This document shows positions 55,425 through 64,000 of a DNA stretch of 64,000 bases, in pieces. The notes below the pieces were generated by a model. The model had not been told where the DNA came from. It ran no database searches and worked only from the letters and a program-made list of their open reading frames with translations. The translations under genes were made by a program, and so were the position numbers. Source of the stretch: an uncultured Actinomycetes bacterium (GTDB lineage: Bacteria > Actinomycetota > Thermoleophilia > UBA2241); the NCBI GenBank assembly GCA_963709345.1, contig CAVPVX010000011.1:352001-416000 (forward strand). Reading direction: 5' to 3'. Position 1 is the stretch's first letter, and each line of letters starts with the position of its first letter.

Positions 55425-56423
55425 ATGCACTCTGCTGAGACTCTCTTGGGCTCGCCAGTTGGGCCCTCCCGCGCCCGCCGGTATTTCGCGGTGGCGCTGC
55501 TCATGCTCGCCTTCGCTTGTGCACTACCGGCCACGGCGGCGGCGTGGTCGGATGCGCCCTCGATCACCGTTGACACCCCGGCCGCCGGGTCCGTCTGGGC
55601 CGGCAGCGACACGCAGACCGTCGCCTGGACCTTGAGCTACGCCATCGACATGGGCAAGTTCTGCGTGTGGATCCCGGTCGCCGGCAACCCGGACATGGGC
55701 TACTTCGTTGAAGTTCTGGATGCGGCGCCTGGCCAGACCTCGTACTCGACGAACGTGACCGTGACCGGCGTCCCCCCTGGGGACGGATACCAGGTCAGTG
55801 TCCAACTGTGGACGCCCTGGCTGGACACCTGGGATCCGGGGCCGATCGGCCACAGCGGCAGCTTCACAATGCAGTCGGCCGGTCCGACGCCCGCCATCCG
55901 ATCCCTCTCTCCGAAGCGAGCCATGGTCGGCAAACTGGTGATCATCAGAGGCACGAACTTTGGCGCCATTCGAGGGTACAACTACGTCCTCTTTGGTAAG
56001 ACCGAGGCCAGGATCAAGAGCTGGAGCGCCACACAGATAAGGGTTGTGGTTCCCGCGGGTGCCCATGCCGGTCGCTGCGCCGTCACCGTGCGCGACGCCA
56101 ATCGCGCGTCAAAGGGAGTCTCGTTCACGGTCACGGCTCCGCGCGGCGGGGACGCCGGGCTGGTCGGCTCGTGGCACGACAACAGCTTGCTGGGCTGGTC
56201 CGAGATGTACAAGTTCACTGCGGCGGGTACGTTCGCCTACGTCATCGCCAACACCGACCAGATAAGCAAGACTGTCGGTTCGTACCGCGCGCGCGGAGAC
56301 AAGATCCGCTTGTTCAACCAGTGGTCGGACGGCAGGCGCGTGCCCAACGTCACCTTGACCTACAGCTATCGGGACTGGGGGAAGACGCTGATCATCGGTG
56401 CGGGGTCGTTCCGCAAGAAGTGA
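55425..56423 (+). CDS. Secreted IPT/TIG-domain protein
   Basis: AGGAGG RBS, signal peptide, and P.I.SLSP....G..V.I.GTNFG...SWS.TQI.VVVP pattern. Confidence 0.8.
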   Translation: MHSAETLLGSPVGPSRARRYFAVALLMLAFACALPATAAAWSDAPSITVDTPAAGSVWAGSDTQTVAWTLSYAIDMGKFCVWIPVAGNPDMGYFVEVLDAAPGQTSYSTNVTVTGVPPGDGYQVSVQLWTPWLDTWDPGPIGHSGSFTMQSAGPTPAIRSLSPKRAMVGKLVIIRGTNFGAIRGYNYVLFGKTEARIKSWSATQIRVVVPAGAHAGRCAVTVRDANRASKGVSFTVTAPRGGDAGLVGSWHDNSLLGWSEMYKFTAAGTFAYVIANTDQISKTVGSYRARGDKIRLFNQWSDGRRVPNVTLTYSYRDWGKTLIIGAGSFRKK

Positions 56424-56540
56424 CGCCTGTGGGGACCAGGGATGGGGTGCCGCGAGCCGGTGGCCGTCACGCCCCTCGAGCGCGCGAGGCGGTGAGGTAC
56501 GTGCCTACCCACCGCCCGGATCGGGCATCTCCGGCTCTCC

Positions 56541-57143
56541 TCAGAACTTCACGTACGCGGCGCCCGCAGCCGCTCCTGCCTGGGGGTCGGCTATCCATCT
56601 ACCGTCGGAAACGGCTGTGAACGTCATGTCCACAGTGGTTGGTTCCGGCACCAGTGGCGCTTCCCGCCATGCCTTGTCGAGGACAGCGATGATGGCCGCG
56701 TCCGGGGTGTCCTCAGTGATCTGCCCGCCGATCGTCTCGAACTGGGTGTCCAACGACGAAGACATGTCGAGGCCCCGGATAGCGACGGTCACGGTGGCGC
56801 TTTCACCATCGACTTTCTCATCGGCGACGGTGAACTCCACCTTGGAAAGCCCTGCCAGCATGGCTTCGGTGAGCTGGGCTTCCTGCTCGGCGGTCGGGCT
56901 GACCCCCCACGTCTCCAGCATGCTTTGGTTGGCGCTCCCGAACACCCCTTCCTCTGTGAGCTCGGTGTCCGGATTGTATTCTTTGAGCCCAGACACGTCC
57001 CCTCGCATCGCGTCCAGATAGAGCACGGCAACATCACTGGGAGATGGTCCCTCGGATGCCTGCTCTGCCGTGCCGCATCCGGTAACGGCGGCTGCCAGTA
57101 GCAAGGCGATCAACAGGGTGGACAGTCTGGTGACTCTCTTCAT
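56541..57143 (-). CDS. Hypothetical lipoprotein (NTF2-like/DUF4878-type)
   Basis: VTGC lipobox; EKVDGESATVTV motif. Confidence 0.7.
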   Translation of the reverse strand: MKRVTRLSTLLIALLLAAAVTGCGTAEQASEGPSPSDVAVLYLDAMRGDVSGLKEYNPDTELTEEGVFGSANQSMLETWGVSPTAEQEAQLTEAMLAGLSKVEFTVADEKVDGESATVTVAIRGLDMSSSLDTQFETIGGQITEDTPDAAIIAVLDKAWREAPLVPEPTTVDMTFTAVSDGRWIADPQAGAAAGAAYVKF

Positions 57144-57167
57144 CGGTGCTCCCCAGTTCGATTGGCA

Positions 57168-57385
57168 TCAATCCTTCCATGCAGAGACGGGCACGTCCAG
57201 ATGGTACGCCCCGGGTTTGACGGGCCCTGCGACGAGCGCCACCACCACCGTGCGCAGGCTGAGGCCCGCCATGCCCTCGCGCGAGAGCAGATCCAGGGCC
57301 GTGGAGACGATGGCCTCCTGGCTCAGCGGCGCCTGCGACGGGCGCGCCCGCCGGCTCACTACTTCGCGTCGTCACGTGCGCTCAT
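57168..57385 (-). pseudogene. TetR-family N-terminal HTH remnant
   Basis: APLSQEAIVSTALDLLSREGMAGLSLR, then degenerates; premature stop near the start. Confidence 0.65.
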
Positions 57386-57402
57386 GAGGCCATGATGGCG
57401 AA

Positions 57403-57431
57403 CGAACACCGTTCGGCAAGAACACAGTTCG
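57403..57431. promoter_or_regulatory. Tandem TetR-type operators
   Basis: CGAACACCGTTCG and GAACACAGTTC palindromes directly upstream of the TetR remnant. Confidence 0.55.
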
Positions 57432-57572
57432 TTGAGAAGGAAGGGGTGCGGTCAGCCCGCGCGAATCGGACCCCGCAGGTGCTGTCCTTCGCCAGGTCAA
57501 GGTGACGGTCGGCGCTGCCTATAGAGTCGGGGGAGAGGTCAGTTAGGCGGTCGGGCCTACGGAGGGAGCCGC

Positions 57573-58240
57573 ATGAACGTCAAGAGGTCTCTGCTCGCGG
57601 GGGTCGCGGCGCTCATGCTCGTCGCCGCGCTGGCTTCGGTCGCCGGACTGGCTTCGGTCGCCGCGCCAGCTCCGGCGACGCCGATCACACCGACCGACTA
57701 CTCCCAGAAGGCGCACTGGTTGCATGTGCAGCAGGCGGCCCGCTGGAAGGTCGACGTGTTCTACGTCTACCCGACCGCCTCTACTCCAGGACCGACCCCA
57801 GCCAGCCCATCTTCTGCCCGGCCGACGACCCCGGCATGATGCAGGGCGCGCAGAGCGCGTACACGCGGCAGGCCTGGGCGTTTCGCACCTTCGCCAACAT
57901 CTACGCTCCCTACTACCGGCAGATCGACGCCACCTACCAGCTCTCCGACTACATGAAGGCCCACCCGCGCGTGTACAAACGGATGGTGGCCGCGTACATC
58001 GTCGGCCAGTCGATCACCCGCCCGTACTTCCGCGCGAACCCCCATCTCAAGTACGCCAGAGGCGCGCGCGACACCGGCGTGATCGTCTCCTGGAACACCG
58101 AGGCGCCCGAGGTCGACGGCACCAACCTCGTCTTGCTGGCCGGGGGTATCGCCATGAACCCGATCACCTGGACGCGGAAGCAGACCCACGCCAAGGCCAG
58201 AGCTGAGCACTTCCTTGCGGCGCATCCGGCCATGAGGTGA
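57573..58240 (+). pseudogene. DUF3089 alpha/beta-hydrolase-like secreted protein, frameshifted and apparently internally deleted
   Basis: Signal peptide, VDVFYVYPT, NIYAPYYRQ, VAAYIVG and NPITW motifs; the GHSQG nucleophile region is absent. Confidence 0.7.
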
Positions 58241-58434
58241 TCAGGCGCGTCCCGCTGCACGCGGCGCGCACGGCCGGCGCCGTGACCCGCGGTGCGAGGT
58301 CGAGCTCGTTGGCGTAGTCTGTCGGTGGACCGGTCATGGCGACATCGTCGCACACGCATCCGTCATGCGCCGATGTCGATGACGGTCCACCCATCCTTCG
58401 CCCCTTGCCGGCGGGGAGGCGATGAGGGGTGAGC

Positions 58435-59923
58435 CTATTGATACGTCGCCAACAGGTTCACAAGAAAATCCCACACCCGAGGGATCGAGGGGATGTGCAG
58501 GCGCTCATTCGGCGAATGGGCATCCTTGATCGTGGGACCAAGCGAGATCATGTCCATGCCCTCGTAGACCGACCCGATGATCCCGCATTCAAGCCCGGCG
58601 TGACACGATTCGACTCCAGGCTCTGTTCCGAAGAGCTTGCGATACGTCTCCTGACAGCGGGCCAGCAGTGGCGACGCCATGTTCGGATTCCAGCCCGGGT
58701 ACGCGCGGCTGCTGGTGACGGAAGCTCCAGCAAGCAGAGCCAGCGCCTCGATCCGGGCCGTGAGTTCGTCCAGCTGTGACCTCGCGGAGCTCCGTTGACT
58801 GCTCAGGACCTGGAGCAGGCCGTCGCGGATCTCGACGACGGCGAGATTGTTCGACGTTTCCACAAGCCCTTCGATGAACGGCGACATGCGGGCCACTCCA
58901 TGCGGAAGCGCGCACAGGAGGTCGATGACGGTATCTGTGTTCTGCTGACTCAGTCCGGTACGAAGCCGTTCTGTGGCGAAGTAGTCGAAGGCCGCCGTCG
59001 CATAGCCTGTGAAGTCGGAATCCGCTTCGGTGAGACGGATCGTCACCTGGGGATCGTCAGGGTACTCCTGCCGGACGATGCATTCATGGTCGGCCATCTG
59101 CGCCTGTATCGCCGGAGCATGTTTCGGGTCGACCGCGAACGTGGCTTCGGCTTCGCGCGGGATGGCGTTCGCGATGGAGCCACCTTTGAAGGCGACTAAT
59201 CTGATCTCGAAGGACGCCCGGATCCTGTTCAGGGCGCGCGCCACGGTCTTGTTGGCATTCGCTCTGTATTCTCGAATGTCGTCTCCGGAGTGCCCTCCCC
59301 TCATGCCTGCTGCACTCAATGTGAAGGTCTTCACATGCTCCGGCAGCGAAGCAAACATGAGCGGCAGCATGATGGTCGTGTTTCTGCCGCCGGCGCAGCC
59401 GATGGTGAACATGCCTTCCTCTTCGGAATCGATGTTCAGCAAGATCCGGCCCCGCACAAACTCCGGCTCCAGGGCGCTTGCTCCGCTCATCCCGACCTCT
59501 TCATCCACCGTATACAGCAATTCCAGAGGCGGGTGCGCCGAGGTTTGGATCCTTTGCCAGAATCAAGCCCATGGCAACTCCGATGCCATTGTCAGCGCCG
59601 AGCGTGGTCTGATCGGCTTTCAGCCAATCCCCGTCGTAGACGAGTCGAATCGGGTCGGTCTTGAAATCATGGTTCGACTCAGGCGTCTTCTGCCCGACCA
59701 TGTCGGTGTGTCCCTGAATGACCACAGTCGGAGCCTGTTCATATCCAGCCGTCGCCGGAATGCGGATGACCACATTCCCCGCGCTGTCGGCCTGATACTC
59801 AGAACCATGATCCGCGGCCCACTGTTGCAGCCAGCGCGAGATGGCTTCCTCATTGCCTGAGCAGCGAGGGATCGCCGCGATCTGGCTGAACGTGTCAAGG
59901 ATCTCTTGCGTTACTGCATCCAA
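58435..59923 (-). CDS. pepD: Aminoacyl-histidine dipeptidase (M20C); frameshift near 59520-59540
   Basis: IPRCSGNE, QGHTDMV, TTLGADNGIG, TVDEE.GM, NIDSEE, GGHSG and HAGLECG motifs. Confidence 0.9.
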
Positions 59924-59972
59924 GGGGTGTCTCTCCTTTGAAGCTGCAGGAATAATCCATTGCGGCAAGCAA

Positions 59973-60014
59973 GACCAGTCAGGTTGGCTCCTTTGGGAGC
60001 CAACCTGACTGGTC
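59973..60014. terminator. Perfect 19-bp-stem hairpin between the permease and pepD
   Basis: GACCAGTCAGGTTGGCTCC-TTTG-GGAGCCAACCTGACTGGTC. Confidence 0.7.
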
Positions 60015-60031
60015 CGGGGAAACCTCGAATG

Positions 60032-61471
60032 CTACGCTGCCAGTTTCTCCTCCTCCTTCGCAAGATACCTCCGCTTCGTGAGCCAGGACCATCCGTACCC
60101 CAAGGCAATCAGGACAATCGGCCCGGCATACGTCTCGAGCACCAGGCGTATCGCCTCGCCGGTGCTCTCCGTGCCCATGACATAGTCCAACCCGGCGCCG
60201 AAATACGCGGCAAGACCCAACGCCAGTGTGACGCCGGCTGCGGTGTATGCGCCCGAATCCGCCCGCAACATGGTGAACGGCGCTTCCATCTTCTTGTACC
60301 TGAAGGCGACATACGCCACGACGAGGAGGATGTACGGGATCACCAGCGACAGCGCCGTCATGTTGGTCACGAGTACGAAGAACGATTCCACACCACCGAT
60401 CCCGATCAGCGGAACCGCTATCAGGACGATCAGGACCAGGGCCTGCGTCCAAAGCGCGTTCTTCAACGTGCCGTTCTTGTCTTTGCTGGTAAGGAACTTC
60501 GGGAACGTGCCCTTAGGCACGTCGGCGAACATCGCTCTGATCGGCGATTCCATCCAGACGACGAAGGCGCCTACCGAGGCGATGAAGGTGACGGCGGCGA
60601 ACACGCGGACCGTTATTGCGCCGTTGAGTCCGAAGTTCTCCGCCAGGATCTGATACACGACGTATTCGGCATTCGCCAACCCAGCCTCTTCAAGGGCCTC
60701 CGGCGAGGCGACAAGACTCACGGCAAGCGAGCCGACGACGTACGCCGCAGCCACCAACAACGTCGCGATGATCACGCCGCGCGGGAAGTTCCTCTTCGGC
60801 TTGTCGACGTCGGTGATGTAGGTGCCGGCGACTTCGGCGCCCGCGACGGCGAGGAGCAGCCATGCGAACGTGGCGAAGTAGGTGAAGTCGAAATCAGGGG
60901 TCACGTTCCCGGCCGTGAACGTCGTCGCAGTCGGTTCGCCGAGCAGGTATCCGACAATGGCGAACACGACGAACAGCACGACGAGCACGATGGTGAGCGG
61001 GCCTCCCACATCACTGAGTCGTGAGAAGGAGCGCACGCCTCTGACGGCGATCAAGGTCAGCAGGATACACAGGATCATGCCCATGTACGGCAACCAGTTG
61101 GCATTCGCATCAGTGAATCTGTTCTCCCCGAAGATCGCCCACGACACCATGACGGGTAGTCGGGCGAAGACGTACTGGAGATAGAACAGGTTCGCAACGA
61201 AATACGACCAGGTGCTGATGAAAGCCCATCGCTCCCCAAGGCTGCATTCGACCCAACTGTAGATCCCGCCGCCTTTCTCCTGGTTGGCGGACGCCAGTTC
61301 GGCGATGATGATCGAGAGCGGCAGGAAGAAGAAGAGAGAGACCACGACCCACGACGGGATCGCAGCCGGACCCAACGCCACGGCGTTGGTGGTGACGTTG
61401 CGGAACCCGAAGGTCGGCACGAAGATCAGCATGACCAGCGTAAGCAGGCCTAGCTTCTTTGCGGTTGTCAC
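60032..61471 (-). CDS. APC-family amino acid permease (GadC/YjeM-like)
   Basis: About 12 TM helices; FFLP...AELAS...GGIYSWV and AGAE motifs. Confidence 0.92.
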   Translation of the reverse strand: MTTAKKLGLLTLVMLIFVPTFGFRNVTTNAVALGPAAIPSWVVVSLFFFLPLSIIIAELASANQEKGGGIYSWVECSLGERWAFISTWSYFVANLFYLQYVFARLPVMVSWAIFGENRFTDANANWLPYMGMILCILLTLIAVRGVRSFSRLSDVGGPLTIVLVVLFVVFAIVGYLLGEPTATTFTAGNVTPDFDFTYFATFAWLLLAVAGAEVAGTYITDVDKPKRNFPRGVIIATLLVAAAYVVGSLAVSLVASPEALEEAGLANAEYVVYQILAENFGLNGAITVRVFAAVTFIASVGAFVVWMESPIRAMFADVPKGTFPKFLTSKDKNGTLKNALWTQALVLIVLIAVPLIGIGGVESFFVLVTNMTALSLVIPYILLVVAYVAFRYKKMEAPFTMLRADSGAYTAAGVTLALGLAAYFGAGLDYVMGTESTGEAIRLVLETYAGPIVLIALGYGWSWLTKRRYLAKEEEKLAA

Positions 61472-61604
61472 GAGCGCCCCCTTCTCATGCCGTTTTCGGA
61501 TGCCGCGGTGCCCCCTCGTCGATCACCTGCCGGGGCATCGACGATCATGAAGCCACGGTGGCCGCTTCCCATCCGGGGCTTCAACAGGCCGTTTAGACCA
61601 CAGT

Positions 61605-61622
61605 CATTGTCGTATGTCAATG
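61605..61622 (-). promoter_or_regulatory. Imperfect palindrome over a minus-strand TTGACA upstream of the permease
   Basis: CATTGACATACGACAATG on the minus strand is 14/18 self-complementary. Confidence 0.4.
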
Positions 61623-61654
61623 GTCATATCGGAGAACGGCAGACCGCATCTCGT

Positions 61655-62113
61655 TCACGGCGCAGGCTGGATGCGCCGCCCCCAGCGCAGACCGCAGTCG
61701 CTCTGCACGGACGGCGCCAGGCTCGTCAGCGCGATGAGCGCGCCGACGGACCCCCAGATGGGCTGCTGGACGTTGTAGCCGATCACCCCGTACTCGACCA
61801 CCTCGAAGATGATCAGGCCGCAGCCCACGGCGAAGGCGCCGTACCAGGCCCAGGGCCGGCGCTGCAGCAGGCCGATCGCCACGACGAGCGGGAAGACGCC
61901 GAGGATCAGGAAGAGCAGCAGGCCGGGGACCCGGTAGTCGTGGAACGGCGAGTCCTGGATGTACGAGAGCGGCATCTTGAGCAGGCTGCCGTCCGGTCTG
62001 GCGGCCAGAGCGCCACCACCCGCGAGGCCGCCGACAGCCTGCAGCACGAGCAGCGCGAAGAGCACCCAGCTCAGTAGCGGTCGGCGGCGGCCGTCTGCTG
62101 CGTCTCGTGCCAT
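61655..62113 (-). CDS. Membrane protein (about 4 TM)
   Basis: GG..L...PDGS.L.MP...SPF.DY..PGL.LF pattern; GAGG RBS. Confidence 0.75.
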   Translation of the reverse strand: MARDAADGRRRPLLSWVLFALLVLQAVGGLAGGGALAARPDGSLLKMPLSYIQDSPFHDYRVPGLLLFLILGVFPLVVAIGLLQRRPWAWYGAFAVGCGLIIFEVVEYGVIGYNVQQPIWGSVGALIALTSLAPSVQSDCGLRWGRRIQPAP

Positions 62114-62183
62114 GGCCGGCTCCTCTCGCGTTGAAGGCGTTGCCGCGCGACAGCGTACCATCCGGCGCCGGGCCGGTGAAGAC

Positions 62184-62375
62184 CGCGAGCGAGACCACAA
62201 GGTGAACTACGCGATCGAGGACGCCCAAGGCCTGACGGCCATCGAGGTCAAGAGCGGCCGCGAGCGTGACGGCGACCGTCGCGGCCTCGCGGCCTTCGTG
62301 ACTCGCAACGCCTCTGCGCGCGTGCGCGCGGTCGGCTCAGGCGGTACGCCGCTCGACGAGTTCCTCGCCGAGTAG
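62184..62375 (+). pseudogene. AAA_14/DUF4143-type protein, C-terminal fragment
   Basis: RERDHKVNY...LTAIEVKSGR...GLAAF...VGSGGTPLDEFL. Confidence 0.65.
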
Positions 62376-62710
62376 GGAGGGGCGAGCGGGCTGCGCGCAG
62401 CACATCGAGCGCCCGCAGCGTCACCCAGCCGCTTCGACAGACCGGCGAGTCGTGCCTACACCGGCCTTGGTCGGGTAGTGCGTAGCGGCCCCCGGCCTTT
62501 CTCTTTGGGCAGGATGACCTCGCGCTGATGAGCGGGCGTGTACTACGTGGGGCTCACCGACGTCGCCGCGCTCCTGGGAGTCACGAGGCAGAACGTCCGG
62601 AAGCTCATGCTCGGGTGCGACGCTCCCGCACCCTCGCCGGTGGTGGACATTCCCGGTCACCCGTTGAACCGGGCATCCCCGTTCGAGACACTCACGCGGC
62701 ACAGCGTCCT

Positions 62711-62751
62711 TGTGGTTGTCATTTGACAACCGCAGCCCATCTGCCGATACT
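62711..62751 (+). promoter_or_regulatory. Operator palindrome overlapping a sigma-70 promoter
   Basis: TGTGGTTGTCATTTGACAACCGCA; TTGACA-N17-GATACT. Confidence 0.75.
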
Positions 62752-62764
62752 GCGAGGGAGCATC

Positions 62765-62857
62765 GTGCCGCGGAGCCCGGAGAACCACGCACGGCAGTTG
62801 CGGCGTGTGGTCGACAGATGCGTCGGGCAGCAGAGGCCCGACGACGGAGAGGAGTGA
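62765..62857 (+). pseudogene. 30-aa mini-ORF, probably the C-terminal remnant of the small partner (toxin-like) gene
   Basis: GAGGGAG RBS plus GTG; PRSPENHARQLRRVVDRCV; stop lies 3 nt before the HTH gene start. Confidence 0.55.
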
Positions 62858-62860
62858 CGG

Positions 62861-63391
62861 ATGAGCGAGTTCGAGTTCACGCTCACCTTCTCGCTGCCGC
62901 AGCGGGTCGCCGACGACATCGACGGGCTCGTGGAGAGATTGGGCGCCGCCGGATGCGACGACGCCGTGGTCGGCATCGGGAGGTGGGGCAGGTTGGCGCT
63001 CGCGTTCAGTCGCGAGGCCGATTCCGCGTCCGCCGCGCTCATCAGCGCCTTGGCGGACGTCCGCCGGGCGGAGCCTCGGGCGAGGCTGACGGAGGCTTCT
63101 CCGGACTACGTAGGGCTCACCGACGTCGCCGCGCTCCTGGGAGTCACGAGGCAGAACGTCCGGAAGCTCATCCTCGGGTGCGACGCTCCCGCACCCTCGC
63201 CGGTGCACGCGGGGCACCCCACCATCTGGCGCCTCGCCAGGCTGCTCCGCTGGCTGCGGGATGAGAAGGGCTACCGCGTGCCGCAGGAACTCCTGGACGT
63301 CGCGACAGCGACCCTCCAGGCCAACCTGGCCGTCGAGGCCCGCGACGCGGACGGCGAGGCGCAGAAGGAGCTGGCCGGCCTGCTCGCCTGA
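62861..63391 (+). CDS. DNA-binding protein (antitoxin-like, HTH)
   Basis: EFEFTLTF.L...LGAAGCDDA.VG.G..G.LAL.F.REA and the HTH PDYVGLTDVA.LLGVTRQNVRKL. Confidence 0.85.
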   Translation: MSEFEFTLTFSLPQRVADDIDGLVERLGAAGCDDAVVGIGRWGRLALAFSREADSASAALISALADVRRAEPRARLTEASPDYVGLTDVAALLGVTRQNVRKLILGCDAPAPSPVHAGHPTIWRLARLLRWLRDEKGYRVPQELLDVATATLQANLAVEARDADGEAQKELAGLLA

Positions 63392-63442
63392 TGCGGTTCG
63401 ACGGGCTCCGTCGACCCGCCAGTTGACGTTTCACCCCCGTGC

Positions 63443-63533
63443 TTGACCCGGGGCACCGGGCGCGCATAATGGACTCACTGACCCCGCGCCTGACGCGGGG
63501 CGCGAAGCCGCCTCCGGGCGGCTTCTGCTTCTT
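63443..63533 (+). ncRNA. Candidate small RNA (promoter, hairpin, intrinsic terminator)
   Basis: TTGACC-N16-CATAAT; stem CCCCGCG/CGCGGGG; stem GAAGCCGCC/GGCGGCTTC followed by TGCTTCTT. Confidence 0.45.
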
Positions 63534-63542
63534 CCAAGGGTC

Positions 63543-63760
63543 TCAAGTCGGCATTTGCCCCAAAGACGAAGAAGCCGCGGTGTGCGGCGTGACGTCTGGA
63601 TGGCCAAGCGCTTCGAGCTTGAATCGGCGGACAGCTGCGTCATCTCCGTGGCGGCGTAGCCGGCATCGACGATCACGCCACCGAGAACGAACACCGGGTA
63701 CTGCGGGTCGATGACGCTCAGGCTGTGGTCGCCGGACTCGTCGAGGAAGAGGACTTTCAT
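63543..63760 (-). pseudogene. DUF3800-family N-terminal fragment
   Basis: LFLDESGDHSL..IDPQYPVFVLGG, a frameshift, then FKLEALGH.D...HTA and truncation. Confidence 0.75.
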
Positions 63761-63849
63761 CCGGCCATCGTAGGCGGGCGCGACGAGCGCGCACAGAGTG
63801 ACAATCGAGGCGCGGCGCGATGGCCGCGGAGAGCGCCGCGGACGCGGCC

Positions 63850-63999
63850 TCAGAGCACCTTCACCCCGTGCCCCTGCAGCCGGGCGGCGGTGGCGTCGAG
63901 CTCGGCCAGCGGCGGGACGAAGATGACCGCCCCATCGCGGCCGCGCGTGAGCAGCACGCGGTAGGCGTTGACGCGCAGCTGGAAGGGATCGCGCACGTG
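63850..63999 (-). CDS. DUF2075 (Schlafen-like helicase) family protein, C-terminal end (5' part outside window)
   Basis: Translation gives DPFQLRVNAYRVLLTRGRDGAVIFVP...KVL*. Confidence 0.8.
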   Translation of the reverse strand, partial: HVRDPFQLRVNAYRVLLTRGRDGAVIFVPPLAELDATAARLQGHGVKVL

Positions 64000-64000
64000 G

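Larger units (their letters stand above)
62542..63205 (+). repeat. 101-bp direct repeat (62542-62642 and 63105-63205) of the HTH-coding segment
   Basis: Manual alignment gives 2 mismatches. Confidence 0.9.

Overview
High-GC (about 70% by eye) bacterial DNA, probably Actinomycetota (Thermoleophilia-like, inferred from composition and gene content). It reads as a long-read assembly with many single-base indels that split otherwise intact genes. I found no rRNA, tRNA, CRISPR array, integrase or transposase. Main content: (i) amine/polyamine genes: a carboxynorspermidine/saccharopine dehydrogenase-like gene, two SDRs, agmatinase, a PLP decarboxylase, and an 11-gene RpiR / GS-like ligase / amidohydrolase / M20 / Liv-type ABC / class-III aminotransferase / acetamidase operon; (ii) signalling: a 1645-aa hybrid kinase, REC-GGDEF, PAS-GGDEF and an atypical REC; (iii) redox genes: flavodoxin-like, Grx-TrxR fusion, nitroreductase, MsrA; (iv) secreted, lipoprotein and pilin-like genes; (v) many gene scars and partial duplications; (vi) defence-type remnants: a TIR-like protein lacking its catalytic Glu, a DUF3883 nuclease with an in-frame amber, and DUF3800 and DUF2075 fragments. 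The most notable unexplained signals are a 24-bp palindrome plus a homologous 'PENH' mini-ORF found twice 25 kb apart, a candidate promoter-driven small RNA beside DUF3800, a PfkB-like/AAA+ fusion, and a possible ACG-initiated leader ORF. All family assignments come from motif recognition, not database searches.
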